In this document: one piece after another, positions 43,596 through 53,717 of the stretch | How the letters are laid out: each line of letters starts with the position of its first letter | How positions within the stretch are numbered: position 1 is the stretch's first letter | Source: Candidatus Izemoplasmatales bacterium | GTDB taxonomy: Bacteria > Bacillota_I > Bacilli_A > Izemoplasmatales > Hujiaoplasmataceae | Direction: 5' to 3' | Length of the DNA stretch: 64,000 nucleotides | Assembly: GCA_028698875.1 (NCBI GenBank) | Contig: JAQVVR010000006.1 | Coordinates: forward strand, 46,924 to 110,923 | Made by a program: the position numbers and the translations under genes | Notes under the pieces: generated by a model | What the model was told of the DNA's origin: nothing | Seen by the model: the letters and a program-made list of their open reading frames with translations, nothing else | Databases searched by the model: none

Positions 43596-44558
43596 TTATT
43601 TTTTCTCAGAGGTTTTTACTGCTTCGAGAACGCCAGCAGCTAAGCCAACGATTCCTTGCATCTCGGAAGGAATAATGATTTTTGTTGCCGTTCCATTGGC
43701 AATTTTTTCCATTGCCTTATATGCTTCTATTGTCAAAACAGCATGATCTGGTTTTGCTTCACGAATCAAAGTAAGACCTTGAGCGGTTGCTTCTTGGACT
43801 TTCAGAATGGCGATTGCTTGTCCTTCAGCTTCGCGGATGCTTTGTTCTTTCTTAGCCTCGGCACGAAGAATAGCAGACATTTTTTCACCTTCGGCTTCCA
43901 AAATAGCAGAAGCTTTTTTACCTTCGGCAATCAAAATCGATTCCCGACGTTCACGTTCAGCGCGCATCTGTTTTTCCATAGCTTCCCGAATTTCTTTTGG
44001 AGGAACGATGTTTTTAACTTCAACACGATTGATTTTGATGCCCCACGGATCGGTCGCTTCATCAAGGATGTTCCGCATTTTTTCATTGATCAAATCACGG
44101 CTTGTTAAAGTTTGATCGAGTTCGAGTTCACCAATGATGTTACGTAAGGTGGTTGCTGTGAGATGCTCAATCAAGAGACCGGGATTTTCAGCACCATAAA
44201 CATACAATTTAGAATCAGTAATTTGTAAAAAAACGACGGTATCAATTTGCATTGTGACGTTATCTTTAGTAATAACGGCTTGAGGAGCGAAATCTAAGAC
44301 CTGTTCTTTTAAAGAAATAATTTCATCTGGTTGACCGTTGGGACGATAGGTTTTTCTGATTCGGTCGACAAACGGCCATAAGAAATGCAAACCAGAAATC
44401 CAAGTTGTGTAGTATTTGCCAAGTCGTTCAACAACATACTGTGTTGATTGAGAAACGACTCTGACGCGTGAGCCAAGGTACACAATAATGACAAACAGTA
44501 GAGCAATGACAATAATCCAGGGCCACGGATCTGCGGCCAATGTAACGAATGTGAACAT
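43596..44558 (-). CDS. SPFH/band-7 (stomatin/prohibitin-like) membrane protein
   Basis: N-terminal TM plus SPFH core and a C-terminal coiled-coil (EAEGQAIAILKVQEA). Partnered with nfeD. Confidence 0.85.
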   Translation of the reverse strand: MFTFVTLAADPWPWIIVIALLFVIIVYLGSRVRVVSQSTQYVVERLGKYYTTWISGLHFLWPFVDRIRKTYRPNGQPDEIISLKEQVLDFAPQAVITKDNVTMQIDTVVFLQITDSKLYVYGAENPGLLIEHLTATTLRNIIGELELDQTLTSRDLINEKMRNILDEATDPWGIKINRVEVKNIVPPKEIREAMEKQMRAERERRESILIAEGKKASAILEAEGEKMSAILRAEAKKEQSIREAEGQAIAILKVQEATAQGLTLIREAKPDHAVLTIEAYKAMEKIANGTATKIIIPSEMQGIVGLAAGVLEAVKTSEKK

Positions 44559-44595
44559 TTTAATCCTCCTATTAATTTTCTATATTTTTGTTGTT

Positions 44596-45267
44596 TTAGT
44601 AACCATATCCAGCTTTTACTACGAACAGTTTTAAGAGAACGTCGCGTAAAGCGGCTTTTTTGGGGGTGAAACCAATCAAAATCGTATCAATAACGAATGT
44701 TAACACCAAGAGAACAAGGCCGGCCACAAGGCTAACCGATAAAACCAAAACGATGAAAAAGTATTTAAAGATAATATCGTGAAAAAATACTGACAAAGGA
44801 TTAAGCGATGGTCCTTCTAAACGAATTTGCATTAATTTTCTACCAAGTGTTTTCCCACTTAATATGACGGTATAGACAGACATAAGGATTATGAAGCCGA
44901 TTGCAAAGTAAAAAACACAATCAAGAAAGTAAGATGTCATTGGTTCGTCATAAGGAGCAAGATCAATGGTGTTCTGCTGATCGATAATGGCTCGTGCAGT
45001 AGCGTAATTCGCTTCCGCCGCATCCTCAAGACTTGTGTCGCCATCAGCAGCAGTCATGGCGGCATTGTATTGCGCAATTAATGAGTTGATGTTATCGTTG
45101 TAAACATCAACAATTTCGGTATAGGCCGAATTGATTTGTTCAAAATTTTCAATTTGGCTTTGTAAAATGGGACGACCACCAATTAAAAAAGTCAAATATG
45201 TAATTAATATTATTATTGCGATGTCAATGACCGAGGAAAACATGCGTTTAAAAAACCCGGCATTCAT
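44596..45267 (-). CDS. Hypothetical polytopic membrane protein (possibly RDD-family-like)
   Basis: About 4 TM. Lies in an operon between nfeD and the SPFH gene. Family assignment is tentative. Confidence 0.5.
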   Translation of the reverse strand: MNAGFFKRMFSSVIDIAIIILITYLTFLIGGRPILQSQIENFEQINSAYTEIVDVYNDNINSLIAQYNAAMTAADGDTSLEDAAEANYATARAIIDQQNTIDLAPYDEPMTSYFLDCVFYFAIGFIILMSVYTVILSGKTLGRKLMQIRLEGPSLNPLSVFFHDIIFKYFFIVLVLSVSLVAGLVLLVLTFVIDTILIGFTPKKAALRDVLLKLFVVKAGYGY

Positions 45268-45719
45268 TCTACTTTTTTGACCACAAGTTTCACGCCTTCA
45301 ATACCTAAAACTTCCACTTTCTCACCGACGACGATGTCCTCGTTGGAGATTGATGTCCAAATCTTTCCGTCGATTTTTACTTCACCGCGTTGGCCATCAG
45401 TAATGGCTTTTGTACAAACAGCGATCTTACCAATCAAGCGGTCAGCGTTGGTTTTAATGTCATTCTTTTTTAAGTAGCGGGTGAAAATTGGGCGCAAACT
45501 TAGCAATAATGCGGCCGAAATAACCACAAAAACGATTACCTGGACGATTAAGTCGGGAACAAATAATGAAACGATTAAAGCCACTAAAGCGCCAGCTGCA
45601 AACCAAATACTAGTAAGGTCCATCGTGGAAGCTTCAATTATTCCCGCAAAAATGACAATAGCAAACCAAATAATTGTGGCGGTGACTCCGATATCAATTG
45701 TAAGAAGCATGTTAATCAC
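45264..45719 (-). CDS. nfeD: NfeD-family membrane protein (C-terminal OB-fold)
   Basis: Hydrophobic N-terminus plus C-terminal GQRGEVKIDGKIWTSIS...VKLVVKKV typical of NfeD short form. Overlapping stop/start with neighbours. Confidence 0.75.
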   Translation of the reverse strand: MINMLLTIDIGVTATIIWFAIVIFAGIIEASTMDLTSIWFAAGALVALIVSLFVPDLIVQVIVFVVISAALLLSLRPIFTRYLKKNDIKTNADRLIGKIAVCTKAITDGQRGEVKIDGKIWTSISNEDIVVGEKVEVLGIEGVKLVVKKVE

Positions 45720-46099
45720 TCCTCCTCATTCTTTAAATCAATTATTAGTGCGTCTTCCTTTTGGCTCCAGGCAGCTTTGAATTTGTAAGAATTGTTATTT
45801 TCAAACGACAAATTCATTAAGTCAGCTACTTCTTTCATAAAAGCTTTGTTACAAATCCGCGAGTAACTGGATTTGACAGTGATGTTGTGCCACTGATCTT
45901 CGGGAATGTAACTGTTGATGGCATCTTCTTTTTTCATTGGTTTGATGGCTATCTGCATTGTTTCCGCATTCAAACCAACCAAAACAATATACGCATCTTC
46001 GAAATATGAACTTGCGGACTTGTTTAAAGTAATGTTAGAACCGTACAGAGTCGCGACGTCATCAAGCGTCTTTTTTGATGCCCAAGTGAAATTTGGCAT
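45716..46099 (-). CDS. Hypothetical cytoplasmic protein (128 aa), first gene of the nfeD-SPFH operon
   Basis: Start at the second ATG, which has GGAGGT 7 nt upstream. No recognisable family. Confidence 0.5.
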   Translation of the reverse strand: MPNFTWASKKTLDDVATLYGSNITLNKSASSYFEDAYIVLVGLNAETMQIAIKPMKKEDAINSYIPEDQWHNITVKSSYSRICNKAFMKEVADLMNLSFENNNSYKFKAAWSQKEDALIIDLKNEEE

Positions 46100-46267
46100 A
46101 TTTGCAACCTCCATTATAATACCATTTTTTTCTATTTTATATTATATCATGTTATTTTGTGATTATCAATAATTATTTGAAATTATTTGAAATTATTTTG
46201 ATTTTTGTTGTGGTTTACAAAGCGAGCGACATCAGATATAATAGATTCATAATCTTGAGGTGAAACG

Positions 46268-47083
46268 ATGATAATGCCAAACAATCAAGAATCGGTTGAA
46301 AGAAGTCTTACAAAAAAATTTAAAGGTCCAATCTACTCGCAATTTCTAAAAGCAATCACTGATTTTAAATTAATCTCCGATGGCGATCGAATTGCCGTCG
46401 CTTTGTCGGGGGGGAAAGACAGTTTGGTTTTAGCTAAATTGTTTCAAGAATTCAAAAGGCATGGCCAAGTTCAATTTGAACTTTTGTTTGTGACAATGGA
46501 CCCAGGGTTCAAAGAACTATATCTTGCCCATCACCTAGAAAACTGTCATAATCTTGGTGTTGATGTTATTGTGCAAAAATCTAATATTTTCAATGTCGCA
46601 GAACTGTTGGCTAAAGAAAGTCCTTGTTTTCTGTGCGCCCGCATGCGCAGAGGGTTTTTATATAAGGTTGCTCAAGAACACGGATGCAATAAGTTGGCGC
46701 TTGGACATCATTTTGATGATGTTATCGAAACAACGCTATTAAATATTTTTTACGCTGGATGTTACAAAACAATGCTTCCTAAAGTAAGGGCGGCAAATTA
46801 TGAGGGAATGGAAATGATTCGACCGATGTATTATGTGAAAGAAAACGACATAACCAGGTTTATGAATTATAATCATTTGACAACGTACGATTGTGGGTGT
46901 CGGATCTCTGATGGAATCGTTGATTCCAAGCGCAAGGAAATAAAAAAGCTGATTAGTCAATTGCGGAAAAATGATATTAATATTGACATAAACATCTTTC
47001 GCTCGGCGCAGAATGTGAATTTAAAAGCAATTCTTGGCTACCACGACGATGAGAAAACCACTTCGTTTTTAGATGAGTACTGA
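46268..47083 (+). CDS. ttcA: tRNA 2-thiocytidine(32) synthetase TtcA-family PP-loop ATPase
   Basis: SGGKDS PP-loop, CFLC and CGC cysteine motifs, TtcA-like length. Confidence 0.8.
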   Translation: MIMPNNQESVERSLTKKFKGPIYSQFLKAITDFKLISDGDRIAVALSGGKDSLVLAKLFQEFKRHGQVQFELLFVTMDPGFKELYLAHHLENCHNLGVDVIVQKSNIFNVAELLAKESPCFLCARMRRGFLYKVAQEHGCNKLALGHHFDDVIETTLLNIFYAGCYKTMLPKVRAANYEGMEMIRPMYYVKENDITRFMNYNHLTTYDCGCRISDGIVDSKRKEIKKLISQLRKNDINIDINIFRSAQNVNLKAILGYHDDEKTTSFLDEY

Positions 47084-47184
47084 TAGTTTACAGTAATTAT
47101 GTGATGATATTGTATGAAAACAGTCACTTGCAGAGAATTTTTCTGCCAGCGACTGTTTTTTAAATTTAAGTTTCACGTGAAACC

Positions 47185-48543
47185 TTATTTACCCAAACAA
47201 AACCGCGAAAACAAAGCGTGAATTAAAACTTCATTCCCAGTTTCTCCCGTAATTTCTCCCAAAACTTCCCAAGCTTTTCGAATATCGATTTCGATAATAT
47301 CGACAGGAAAGTGATTTTCACAAGCCTTTAATGCGTCTTCTAGTGCCGTTTTGGCTTCGCCGATTTTGCCAATGTGACGAGCGTTTGCCAACATTAGTTG
47401 GTTTTCTTTCAATAAAGATTCGTCAATAAATAAGCGTTTCACTTCAGCTTCCAACTGATCTAATCCAGTACTATTTTTAGCGGAAACATCGATGGTTTTT
47501 TCTAACTTGATATCAATATGTTTTCCAAGATCGATTTTGTTACCAACAATAATTCTTGGTTTGTTTTTGGTCAAAGTCAACAAATCGATGTCTTCGGTGG
47601 TTAAAGATCGACTTTGATCGAGAACTAAGAGAACCAAATCGGCTTCAGACAAGGCTTTTTTGGCTTTAATGATACCGATTTTTTCGACAGCATCATCGGT
47701 GTTTCTTATGCCCGCTGTATCTACAAGATTCAAGATAACGCCCCCAAGATTCCAATCTCCTTCCACAAGGTCTCGTGTGGTCCCAGAAATTTCGGTAACG
47801 ATGGCTTTATCTTCTTTCAAAAGTGAGTTTAAAAGGCTTGATTTTCCCACGTTTGGTTTTCCTAAAATCACGGTTTTTATTCCTTCGCGGATTACTTTAC
47901 CGGTTTCTGAATTATGTAAGATAACCGATAAACGCGATACTATTTTTTTAATATCGGGACGCAATATGTTGTCTGTCATTACCGTGGCATCATCGTACTC
48001 GGGGTAATCAATATTGACTTCGATTTTGGCGATAATATCTAAGATGGTGGTTTGCAATTCGCCAACGAGAGCTTTGACGTCGCCATGAAGGCCGCGATTA
48101 GCCAAACGCAGTTGCGTTTCGGTTTGAGCGGAAATCACATCCATAATGCTTTCAGCTTGGGATAAATCAATGCGGCCGTTAAGAAATGCGCGTTTCGAAA
48201 ACTCTCCGTTTTCCGCTATACGACACCCGTTTTTAACCAAAAGTTCAACAATTTTATTGGGAATTAAATAACCGCCGTGAGTACTAATTTCAACAACGTT
48301 TTCGCCGGTAAAGGTTTTGGGCTCGAAAAAAACCGAAACCAAAACTTCATCGATTATAGTATTTCCATCAATGATATGACCATAATGAACGGTGTGAGAG
48401 GATACAGTCGATAAATCTTTTCCTTTAAAAATTTTGTTTACGATCGCAATCGCATCAATACCAGAAATACGAACCACATTTATGGCGCTCATTCCTTGCA
48501 AGGTGGCGATTCCGACTATTGTATCGTATAACATAGACATCAC
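47185..48543 (-). CDS. mnmE: tRNA modification GTPase MnmE/TrmE
   Basis: N-terminal THF-binding domain, G-domain (GKPNVGKSSLLN, DTAGIR) and the C-terminal ...CLGK motif. Confidence 0.92.
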   Translation of the reverse strand: MMSMLYDTIVGIATLQGMSAINVVRISGIDAIAIVNKIFKGKDLSTVSSHTVHYGHIIDGNTIIDEVLVSVFFEPKTFTGENVVEISTHGGYLIPNKIVELLVKNGCRIAENGEFSKRAFLNGRIDLSQAESIMDVISAQTETQLRLANRGLHGDVKALVGELQTTILDIIAKIEVNIDYPEYDDATVMTDNILRPDIKKIVSRLSVILHNSETGKVIREGIKTVILGKPNVGKSSLLNSLLKEDKAIVTEISGTTRDLVEGDWNLGGVILNLVDTAGIRNTDDAVEKIGIIKAKKALSEADLVLLVLDQSRSLTTEDIDLLTLTKNKPRIIVGNKIDLGKHIDIKLEKTIDVSAKNSTGLDQLEAEVKRLFIDESLLKENQLMLANARHIGKIGEAKTALEDALKACENHFPVDIIEIDIRKAWEVLGEITGETGNEVLIHALFSRFCLGK

Positions 48544-48601
48544 CGTAAATATTCTAACATATATCTCAAAAAATATTGTATAATACTTTTGGGTGAGTTA
48601 A

Positions 48602-49081
48602 ATGAAGCAATATAAAAAATCGATTAAGTTTTATATTATGTTATTTGTGGTTACCTTCGCGATTCTTGGGGCGTATACCATATTCAAACTGATAAGTGGC
48701 ACTGTCGTAACAACGGATTACTTGAATTTGGGATTGTTGCCAATCATTTTCACAGTTGTCTACTGGGGTGGAGACACCATTTTACAAAAAGTCGCTAATC
48801 GAAAAAAGAAAGTCGATTATGAAGGCAAATTTTTGGATGCAATTGGGGAAAAAATGCGCGCAACCGACGAGTTTTTAATTGAAGATTATCGTCGCCTGCA
48901 AAATAACGTTAAATTCCAAGATGCTTTGAAAGTTGCTTTTTTCATTTATCAAAATGGCGAAAACGACAATATCAATTTAGATAAATTGGAACGAAAATTC
49001 GAGCGACGTACTATCGAACATAAAGCGATGACATATGCGATTGCTTTTGTGAAAGATAAACTCGAAGGAATAACGAAATAA
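48602..49081 (+). CDS. Hypothetical protein with two N-terminal TM segments
   Basis: ORF with coding-like composition; no family recognised. Confidence 0.5.
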   Translation: MKQYKKSIKFYIMLFVVTFAILGAYTIFKLISGTVVTTDYLNLGLLPIIFTVVYWGGDTILQKVANRKKKVDYEGKFLDAIGEKMRATDEFLIEDYRRLQNNVKFQDALKVAFFIYQNGENDNINLDKLERKFERRTIEHKAMTYAIAFVKDKLEGITK

Positions 49082-49269
49082 ACCTATAAATATACCTTAA
49101 AATAAGGTATAATAATAGATATCAAGCATATGAAATCCGGAAGACACTCGGATTCTGATGGCTTAAAAGAACAACAAGAAAATCTGGCATAAATAAAGAA
49201 AGACGTTAATACATTTGCTAATAAAGTGTGACCTGCATATTAGTTGCTAGAAAGAAAGCCGGTGAGTCA

Positions 49270-51114
49270 ATGAGTTATACTGCCCTATATCGCACATATC
49301 GACCGACGGATTTTAATGAGGTGGCCGGTCAAGAACATATCACCACAACCTTAAAGAATGCCCTAAAAAACAACAAAGTTGCGCACGCATATTTGTTTAC
49401 CGGACCACGAGGCACGGGAAAAACATCCATTGCCAGAATTTTTGCAAAGGCCGTTAATTGTGAACACGCCCCCATTGAAAACCCATGCAATGATTGTCCA
49501 AATTGTTTGGGCATTCAAGACGGTTCAATCAGTGATATCATTGAAATTGATGCCGCTAGTAATACCGGAGTTGAAGAAATCCGCGAGCTTCGTGACAAGG
49601 TAAAATACTTGCCCGGTTATGTAAAATATAAAGTATACATAATTGATGAAGTCCACATGTTATCGACGAATGCTTTTAACGCCTTACTAAAAACATTAGA
49701 AGAACCACCGGCGCATGTTATTTTCATCTTGTGTACAACCGAACCACAAAAGGTTCCTTTAACCATTATTTCTCGTTGCCAACGCTTTGATTTTAAAGCA
49801 ATTACCGTCAAAGAGATTGTTGAAAAATTAGAAGAAATAGTAGAAAAAGAGCATATTGAAATTGATAAAGATGCCATTGAACAAATCGCCTTATACGCTG
49901 AAGGCGGGTTACGTGATGCAATCGGGTTACTGGATCAAGCGTACGCTTACGATCCTGACGTAATCACAATTGAAGATATTAATCAAATATGCGGCGCCGT
50001 ATCATTTCACAGGCAATTAGAAATCGTTTCTGCGATTCGACAGTTTGACGCTTCTGCCGCAATCAAAGCGATGGATGAACTGATTGTATCAGGAAAAGAA
50101 GTATCCAAAATATGTCAAAACCTGATTCAATTCTTCCGGGACGTTTTAATTTATAAAAACGTTGGGACAACCAGCAATACGTCTAGTCTATATCAAAACG
50201 ACGATTTCATCAATTTAACAAGCACCATGAGTAATCAACGATTATTCTTTTATCTGGATATACTAAACAAAGCACAAAACGATTTGAAATGGAGTAATTC
50301 ACCTCGTTTATATCTGGAATTGGCATTTATCAAGATGACCGACAAAGAACCGGCAAGCGAGTCACATTTGCTTGAGGCAATTGCGGAATTGCAAACCCGA
50401 GTATCTGAACTGGAAAAGATGCCAATAGCGATTGAAACTCCGATTTCTATACCGGCGGCGGCACAATCGGAAAGCTTGGAAAACGAGGTTAAGTCAGAAC
50501 CGTTATCCGAAGAACAAAACCAGGAAAAAACGATTATTCCCAAGTTGGAAAACCAAACAACTGAAGATGGAAAAATCGCTGAAATCGATGAGAAAATAAC
50601 ATGTGAGGATATTTCAAAATCATATTCGATTGAGTTTGTCGAAGAAGTGCTTAATCGTGGCAATCGTGAAGATAAAAACGATCTTATTGAACGCTGGAAT
50701 TTGATTCGCAAGAACAACACTTCGGGAAATCTAACTCAATATGCCAGCATTTTGGAATCAGGAACTTTGGTTGCTAGTTCCAAGGACAAAGTTATTATCA
50801 CCTTTGCTTCGGCGGGCGTCTGCAATCGTCTGATGAAGCCATCGGTAAAAGCCATTGGAAAAGAAATACTTACCAATGCATTTAAACGCGAAATTGACTA
50901 TATAGCTTTACCCGCCAACGTTTTCCAAATGATATCAGATGAGTTTATTAATGCCTGGAAATTGGGAAAGCGGCACATCAAATTATCACCTATTACTTGT
51001 CCTGATCTTCGGGATGTATCGGAAAATGATGAAGAAAGTGTTACTCAAACCGAACAAAAGGTCGTTACTGATGCTTATTCATTGTTTGGGGATTTAGTGA
51101 AAGTAAAAAAATAA
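49270..51114 (+). CDS. dnaX: DNA polymerase III subunit gamma/tau
   Basis: MSYTALYRTYRP...GPRGTGKTS Walker A, zinc module CEHAPIENPCNDCPNC, SRC motif. Start at the internal ATG of ORF 49228. Confidence 0.92.
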   Translation: MSYTALYRTYRPTDFNEVAGQEHITTTLKNALKNNKVAHAYLFTGPRGTGKTSIARIFAKAVNCEHAPIENPCNDCPNCLGIQDGSISDIIEIDAASNTGVEEIRELRDKVKYLPGYVKYKVYIIDEVHMLSTNAFNALLKTLEEPPAHVIFILCTTEPQKVPLTIISRCQRFDFKAITVKEIVEKLEEIVEKEHIEIDKDAIEQIALYAEGGLRDAIGLLDQAYAYDPDVITIEDINQICGAVSFHRQLEIVSAIRQFDASAAIKAMDELIVSGKEVSKICQNLIQFFRDVLIYKNVGTTSNTSSLYQNDDFINLTSTMSNQRLFFYLDILNKAQNDLKWSNSPRLYLELAFIKMTDKEPASESHLLEAIAELQTRVSELEKMPIAIETPISIPAAAQSESLENEVKSEPLSEEQNQEKTIIPKLENQTTEDGKIAEIDEKITCEDISKSYSIEFVEEVLNRGNREDKNDLIERWNLIRKNNTSGNLTQYASILESGTLVASSKDKVIITFASAGVCNRLMKPSVKAIGKEILTNAFKREIDYIALPANVFQMISDEFINAWKLGKRHIKLSPITCPDLRDVSENDEESVTQTEQKVVTDAYSLFGDLVKVKK

Positions 51115-51134
51115 CTAGAAAGGCGGCGGAGCAA

Positions 51135-51443
51135 ATGTTTAATCCGCAGATGCTAAAAAAACTTCAGAAAATGCAAGAAGACCTCAAAAAAGTCCAAGCT
51201 GAAATCAATGCTTCGACTTTTTATGGTCAAGCAGGAGGTTCAGTAGTCAAAGTCAGTGTTAAAGGCACCAAAGAAGTCATGTCAATTGATATTAAAACCG
51301 AAGAAATAGACATCAATGATACGAAAATGGTTGAAGAACTAATTATTGCCGCCCTTAACGATGCTTTTCGAAAGGTCGATAAGGAAATTGAAGAGTCAGT
51401 GGGCTCGCTTAGTCGCGGAATCAATATGGCTGGGATGATATGA
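51135..51443 (+). CDS. ybaB: Nucleoid-associated protein YbaB/EbfC
   Basis: About 100 aa with a conserved YbaB core. dnaX-ybaB-recR synteny. Confidence 0.88.
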   Translation: MFNPQMLKKLQKMQEDLKKVQAEINASTFYGQAGGSVVKVSVKGTKEVMSIDIKTEEIDINDTKMVEELIIAALNDAFRKVDKEIEESVGSLSRGINMAGMI

Positions 51444-52042
51444 TGAATTACCCACAACCATTAGAAGATTTAATCAATGAATTCATGAAATATCCGGGAA
51501 TCGGACGAAAAACCGCAGAAAGATATGCTTTATATACCGTTAATAAATTTGATATAGCAGCCGCGCATGATTTTGCTTCGACAATCATAGCGGCCAAAGA
51601 AAAAATCATTCAGTGTCCTATTTGCGGCCATCTAACTGAAACCAATCCTTGTTCAATTTGTGCTGATACCAATCGCAATCAAACTATTATTTTGATTGTC
51701 GAATCGCCAAAAGATGTTTTTACAATTGAAAAATCCGGCAAATATCATGGTCTATACCACGTTTTAAATGGTAACCTTTCGCCACTTAATGGCATCGGTC
51801 CAGAGGAGCTTAACCTTAAAACCCTTTGGAGCCGAGTGCAAAACGAAATCATCAAAGAAGTGATTATCGCCACTTCGGCAACGCAAGAGGGCGAAGCAAC
51901 CGCAATGTACATCAAAAGAGTTTTGAAAGATATTGACCTTGTAGTCTCCCGCATTGCTTACGGTGTTCCCGTGGGGGCAAATCTCGAATACACAGATGAT
52001 CTCACGCTAAACTTAGCCATCGAAAACCGCCATAAATTTTAG
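51440..52042 (+). CDS. recR: Recombination protein RecR
   Basis: HhH (YPGIGRKTAER), C4 zinc finger (CPICGHL...CSIC), Toprim. Confidence 0.92.
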   Translation: MMNYPQPLEDLINEFMKYPGIGRKTAERYALYTVNKFDIAAAHDFASTIIAAKEKIIQCPICGHLTETNPCSICADTNRNQTIILIVESPKDVFTIEKSGKYHGLYHVLNGNLSPLNGIGPEELNLKTLWSRVQNEIIKEVIIATSATQEGEATAMYIKRVLKDIDLVVSRIAYGVPVGANLEYTDDLTLNLAIENRHKF

Positions 52043-52143
52043 AAAAAAACCCAAAAACAGTATTTGCGTTTTGTAATTGTATGATATAATATTACTACAA
52101 ATAGAAAACTATATTTATAATAGACATAATTGAGGTGAAAAAA

Positions 52144-52461
52144 ATGCTTTTAACAAGATTATTGGCTTTTGGTGCTGCGGATATCTTACAAACAATTCAA
52201 GATTATGTTACACAATACAAAGACATTGCCATTGGATTCCTTGGATCACAAAACATTTGGATTCAAGCCGCTATTTTAGTTGGATTGGCATTGTTTGCAA
52301 TTATCGGGTTATTTGTCTTCATTAAGAAGTTTTTTAAATTATTCATTGTACTAGGAATACTTGGAGCGGTTGGTTGGTATTTGTATACCCAAACCGACAT
52401 TATTACTAATTTACTAGACGGAATTACCGGCGCAATCCCTATTTTCTTACTAACACTATAA
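52144..52461 (+). CDS. Small hypothetical membrane protein (about 105 aa, 3 TM)
   Basis: GAGGTG RBS 6 nt before the ATG at 52144; the ORF-track start at 52135 is GTG within the RBS. Confidence 0.5.
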   Translation: MLLTRLLAFGAADILQTIQDYVTQYKDIAIGFLGSQNIWIQAAILVGLALFAIIGLFVFIKKFFKLFIVLGILGAVGWYLYTQTDIITNLLDGITGAIPIFLLTL

Positions 52462-52462
52462 A

Positions 52463-52502
52463 GAGAGTGTTGCCTTTTTTCTTAGGCAAACCTCTTTTTT
52501 TT
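52463..52502 (+). terminator. Rho-independent terminator after the small membrane protein gene
   Basis: GAGTGTTGCC-TTTTTTCTTA-GGCAAACCTC followed by a T-run. Confidence 0.6.
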
Positions 52503-52569
52503 ATCTTTACAAATCGAATTTGAGAAAGTCATTACAAAACACTGAGTTTATATCAAATATATTATGTTC

Positions 52570-52603
52570 CTTTTGAAATTTGTATGATATAATATACCGT
52601 TAT
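52570..52603 (+). promoter_or_regulatory. Extended -10 promoter (TTGAAATTTGTATGATATAAT) for the ABC-importer/nuclease operon
   Basis: TGATATAAT at about 52584-52593. Near-identical copy at 52063-52095 upstream of the small membrane gene. Confidence 0.5.
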
Positions 52604-52628
52604 CGTGATCGAATAGGAGATGTGTAAA

Positions 52629-53708
52629 ATGGAAATAAAAATGGCCAATTTGACCAAGATTTTTATTAGTAAAGACAAAAAAGAAGTTCATGCTGTGGAT
52701 CATGTCGACTTGGTAATCCCCTCAGGAAAATTGATTGGACTGCTCGGACCTTCTGGCTGTGGCAAATCCACGACTTTGTATTTGATCGCTGGATTATTGA
52801 GGCAAACCGAAGGTGAAATCTATTTCGGAGAAGAAGAAATGTCAGAAACGCCGCCGGAAAAACGCGGTATAGGACTTGTCTTCCAAAATTATGCACTTTA
52901 TCCGCATATGACAGTCCGAGAAAATATTCTTTTTCCGTTAGAAAATTTAAAAGTGGAAAAAGAAGAGGCCAAAAAACGAACCTTTGAAATGGCAAAGTTA
53001 GTCGGCCTTGAAGAAATGCTTGACCGTAAGCCAAAAGAATTATCTGGCGGCCAGCAACAACGAGTTGCAATTGCTAGAGCTCTTGTTAAAACGCCACGAG
53101 TATTATTGTTAGATGAACCACTCTCTAATCTTGATGCACGGTTGCGATTACAAACTCGCGAAGAAATCAAACGAATTCAACGAGAAACAAAAATTACCAC
53201 GGTATTTGTGACGCACGATCAGGAAGAAGCTATGTCGATTTCTGATGAAATCGTCGTCATGAAGGACGGTATAATTCAACAAATGGGTGAGCCACAAGAG
53301 GTTTATGATAAGCCAACCAATTTATTTGTTGCCAAATTTCTTGGAAACCCACAAATCAATGTTTTTGATGGCGAAATCAAAAACAAAGAAATATTGATTG
53401 AAAACATGTTCGTTGGCAAGCGAGATTTACCGGACCAAAAAGTCTTTATCGGTGTTAGACCAGAAGGATTTATCATTGATCAAGAAAATAAATCATCATT
53501 TCATTTTAAAGTGGACCTTGTCGAGACTATCGGGCGCGATACGACTTTGATTTTTGATATGCAAGATGACTCCATAAATATCTTGGATAAAAAAACATTC
53601 AAAGCCATCATTGATGCTGGATTCCGGATTAAAGCTGGCGATGTCGTTCATTTCAATATCAAGCCAGAAAAGATGCATTTATTTGATATAAACGGAACCA
53701 TTTTGTAG
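52629..53708 (+). CDS. ABC transporter ATP-binding protein, CUT1 (MalK/UgpC-like) family with C-terminal regulatory (TOBE-like) domain
   Basis: Walker A GPSGCGKST, signature LSGGQQQRVA, Walker B LLLDEPLS, H-loop VTHD. AGGAGA RBS precedes the ATG at 52629. Confidence 0.9.
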   Translation: MEIKMANLTKIFISKDKKEVHAVDHVDLVIPSGKLIGLLGPSGCGKSTTLYLIAGLLRQTEGEIYFGEEEMSETPPEKRGIGLVFQNYALYPHMTVRENILFPLENLKVEKEEAKKRTFEMAKLVGLEEMLDRKPKELSGGQQQRVAIARALVKTPRVLLLDEPLSNLDARLRLQTREEIKRIQRETKITTVFVTHDQEEAMSISDEIVVMKDGIIQQMGEPQEVYDKPTNLFVAKFLGNPQINVFDGEIKNKEILIENMFVGKRDLPDQKVFIGVRPEGFIIDQENKSSFHFKVDLVETIGRDTTLIFDMQDDSINILDKKTFKAIIDAGFRIKAGDVVHFNIKPEKMHLFDINGTIL

Positions 53709-53717
53709 GCCATTATT

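Noticed and set aside
49082-49269. Possible SRP RNA (ffs/scRNA) gene upstream of dnaX, as in the Bacillus scr-dnaX-ybaB-recR arrangement
   Set aside because: The 188-nt gap lacks the conserved domain-IV motif (GGUCCGGAAGGAAGCAGC / GNAR tetraloop context). Only a weak hairpin AATCCGGAAGACACTCGGATT is present, so no SRP RNA call was made.
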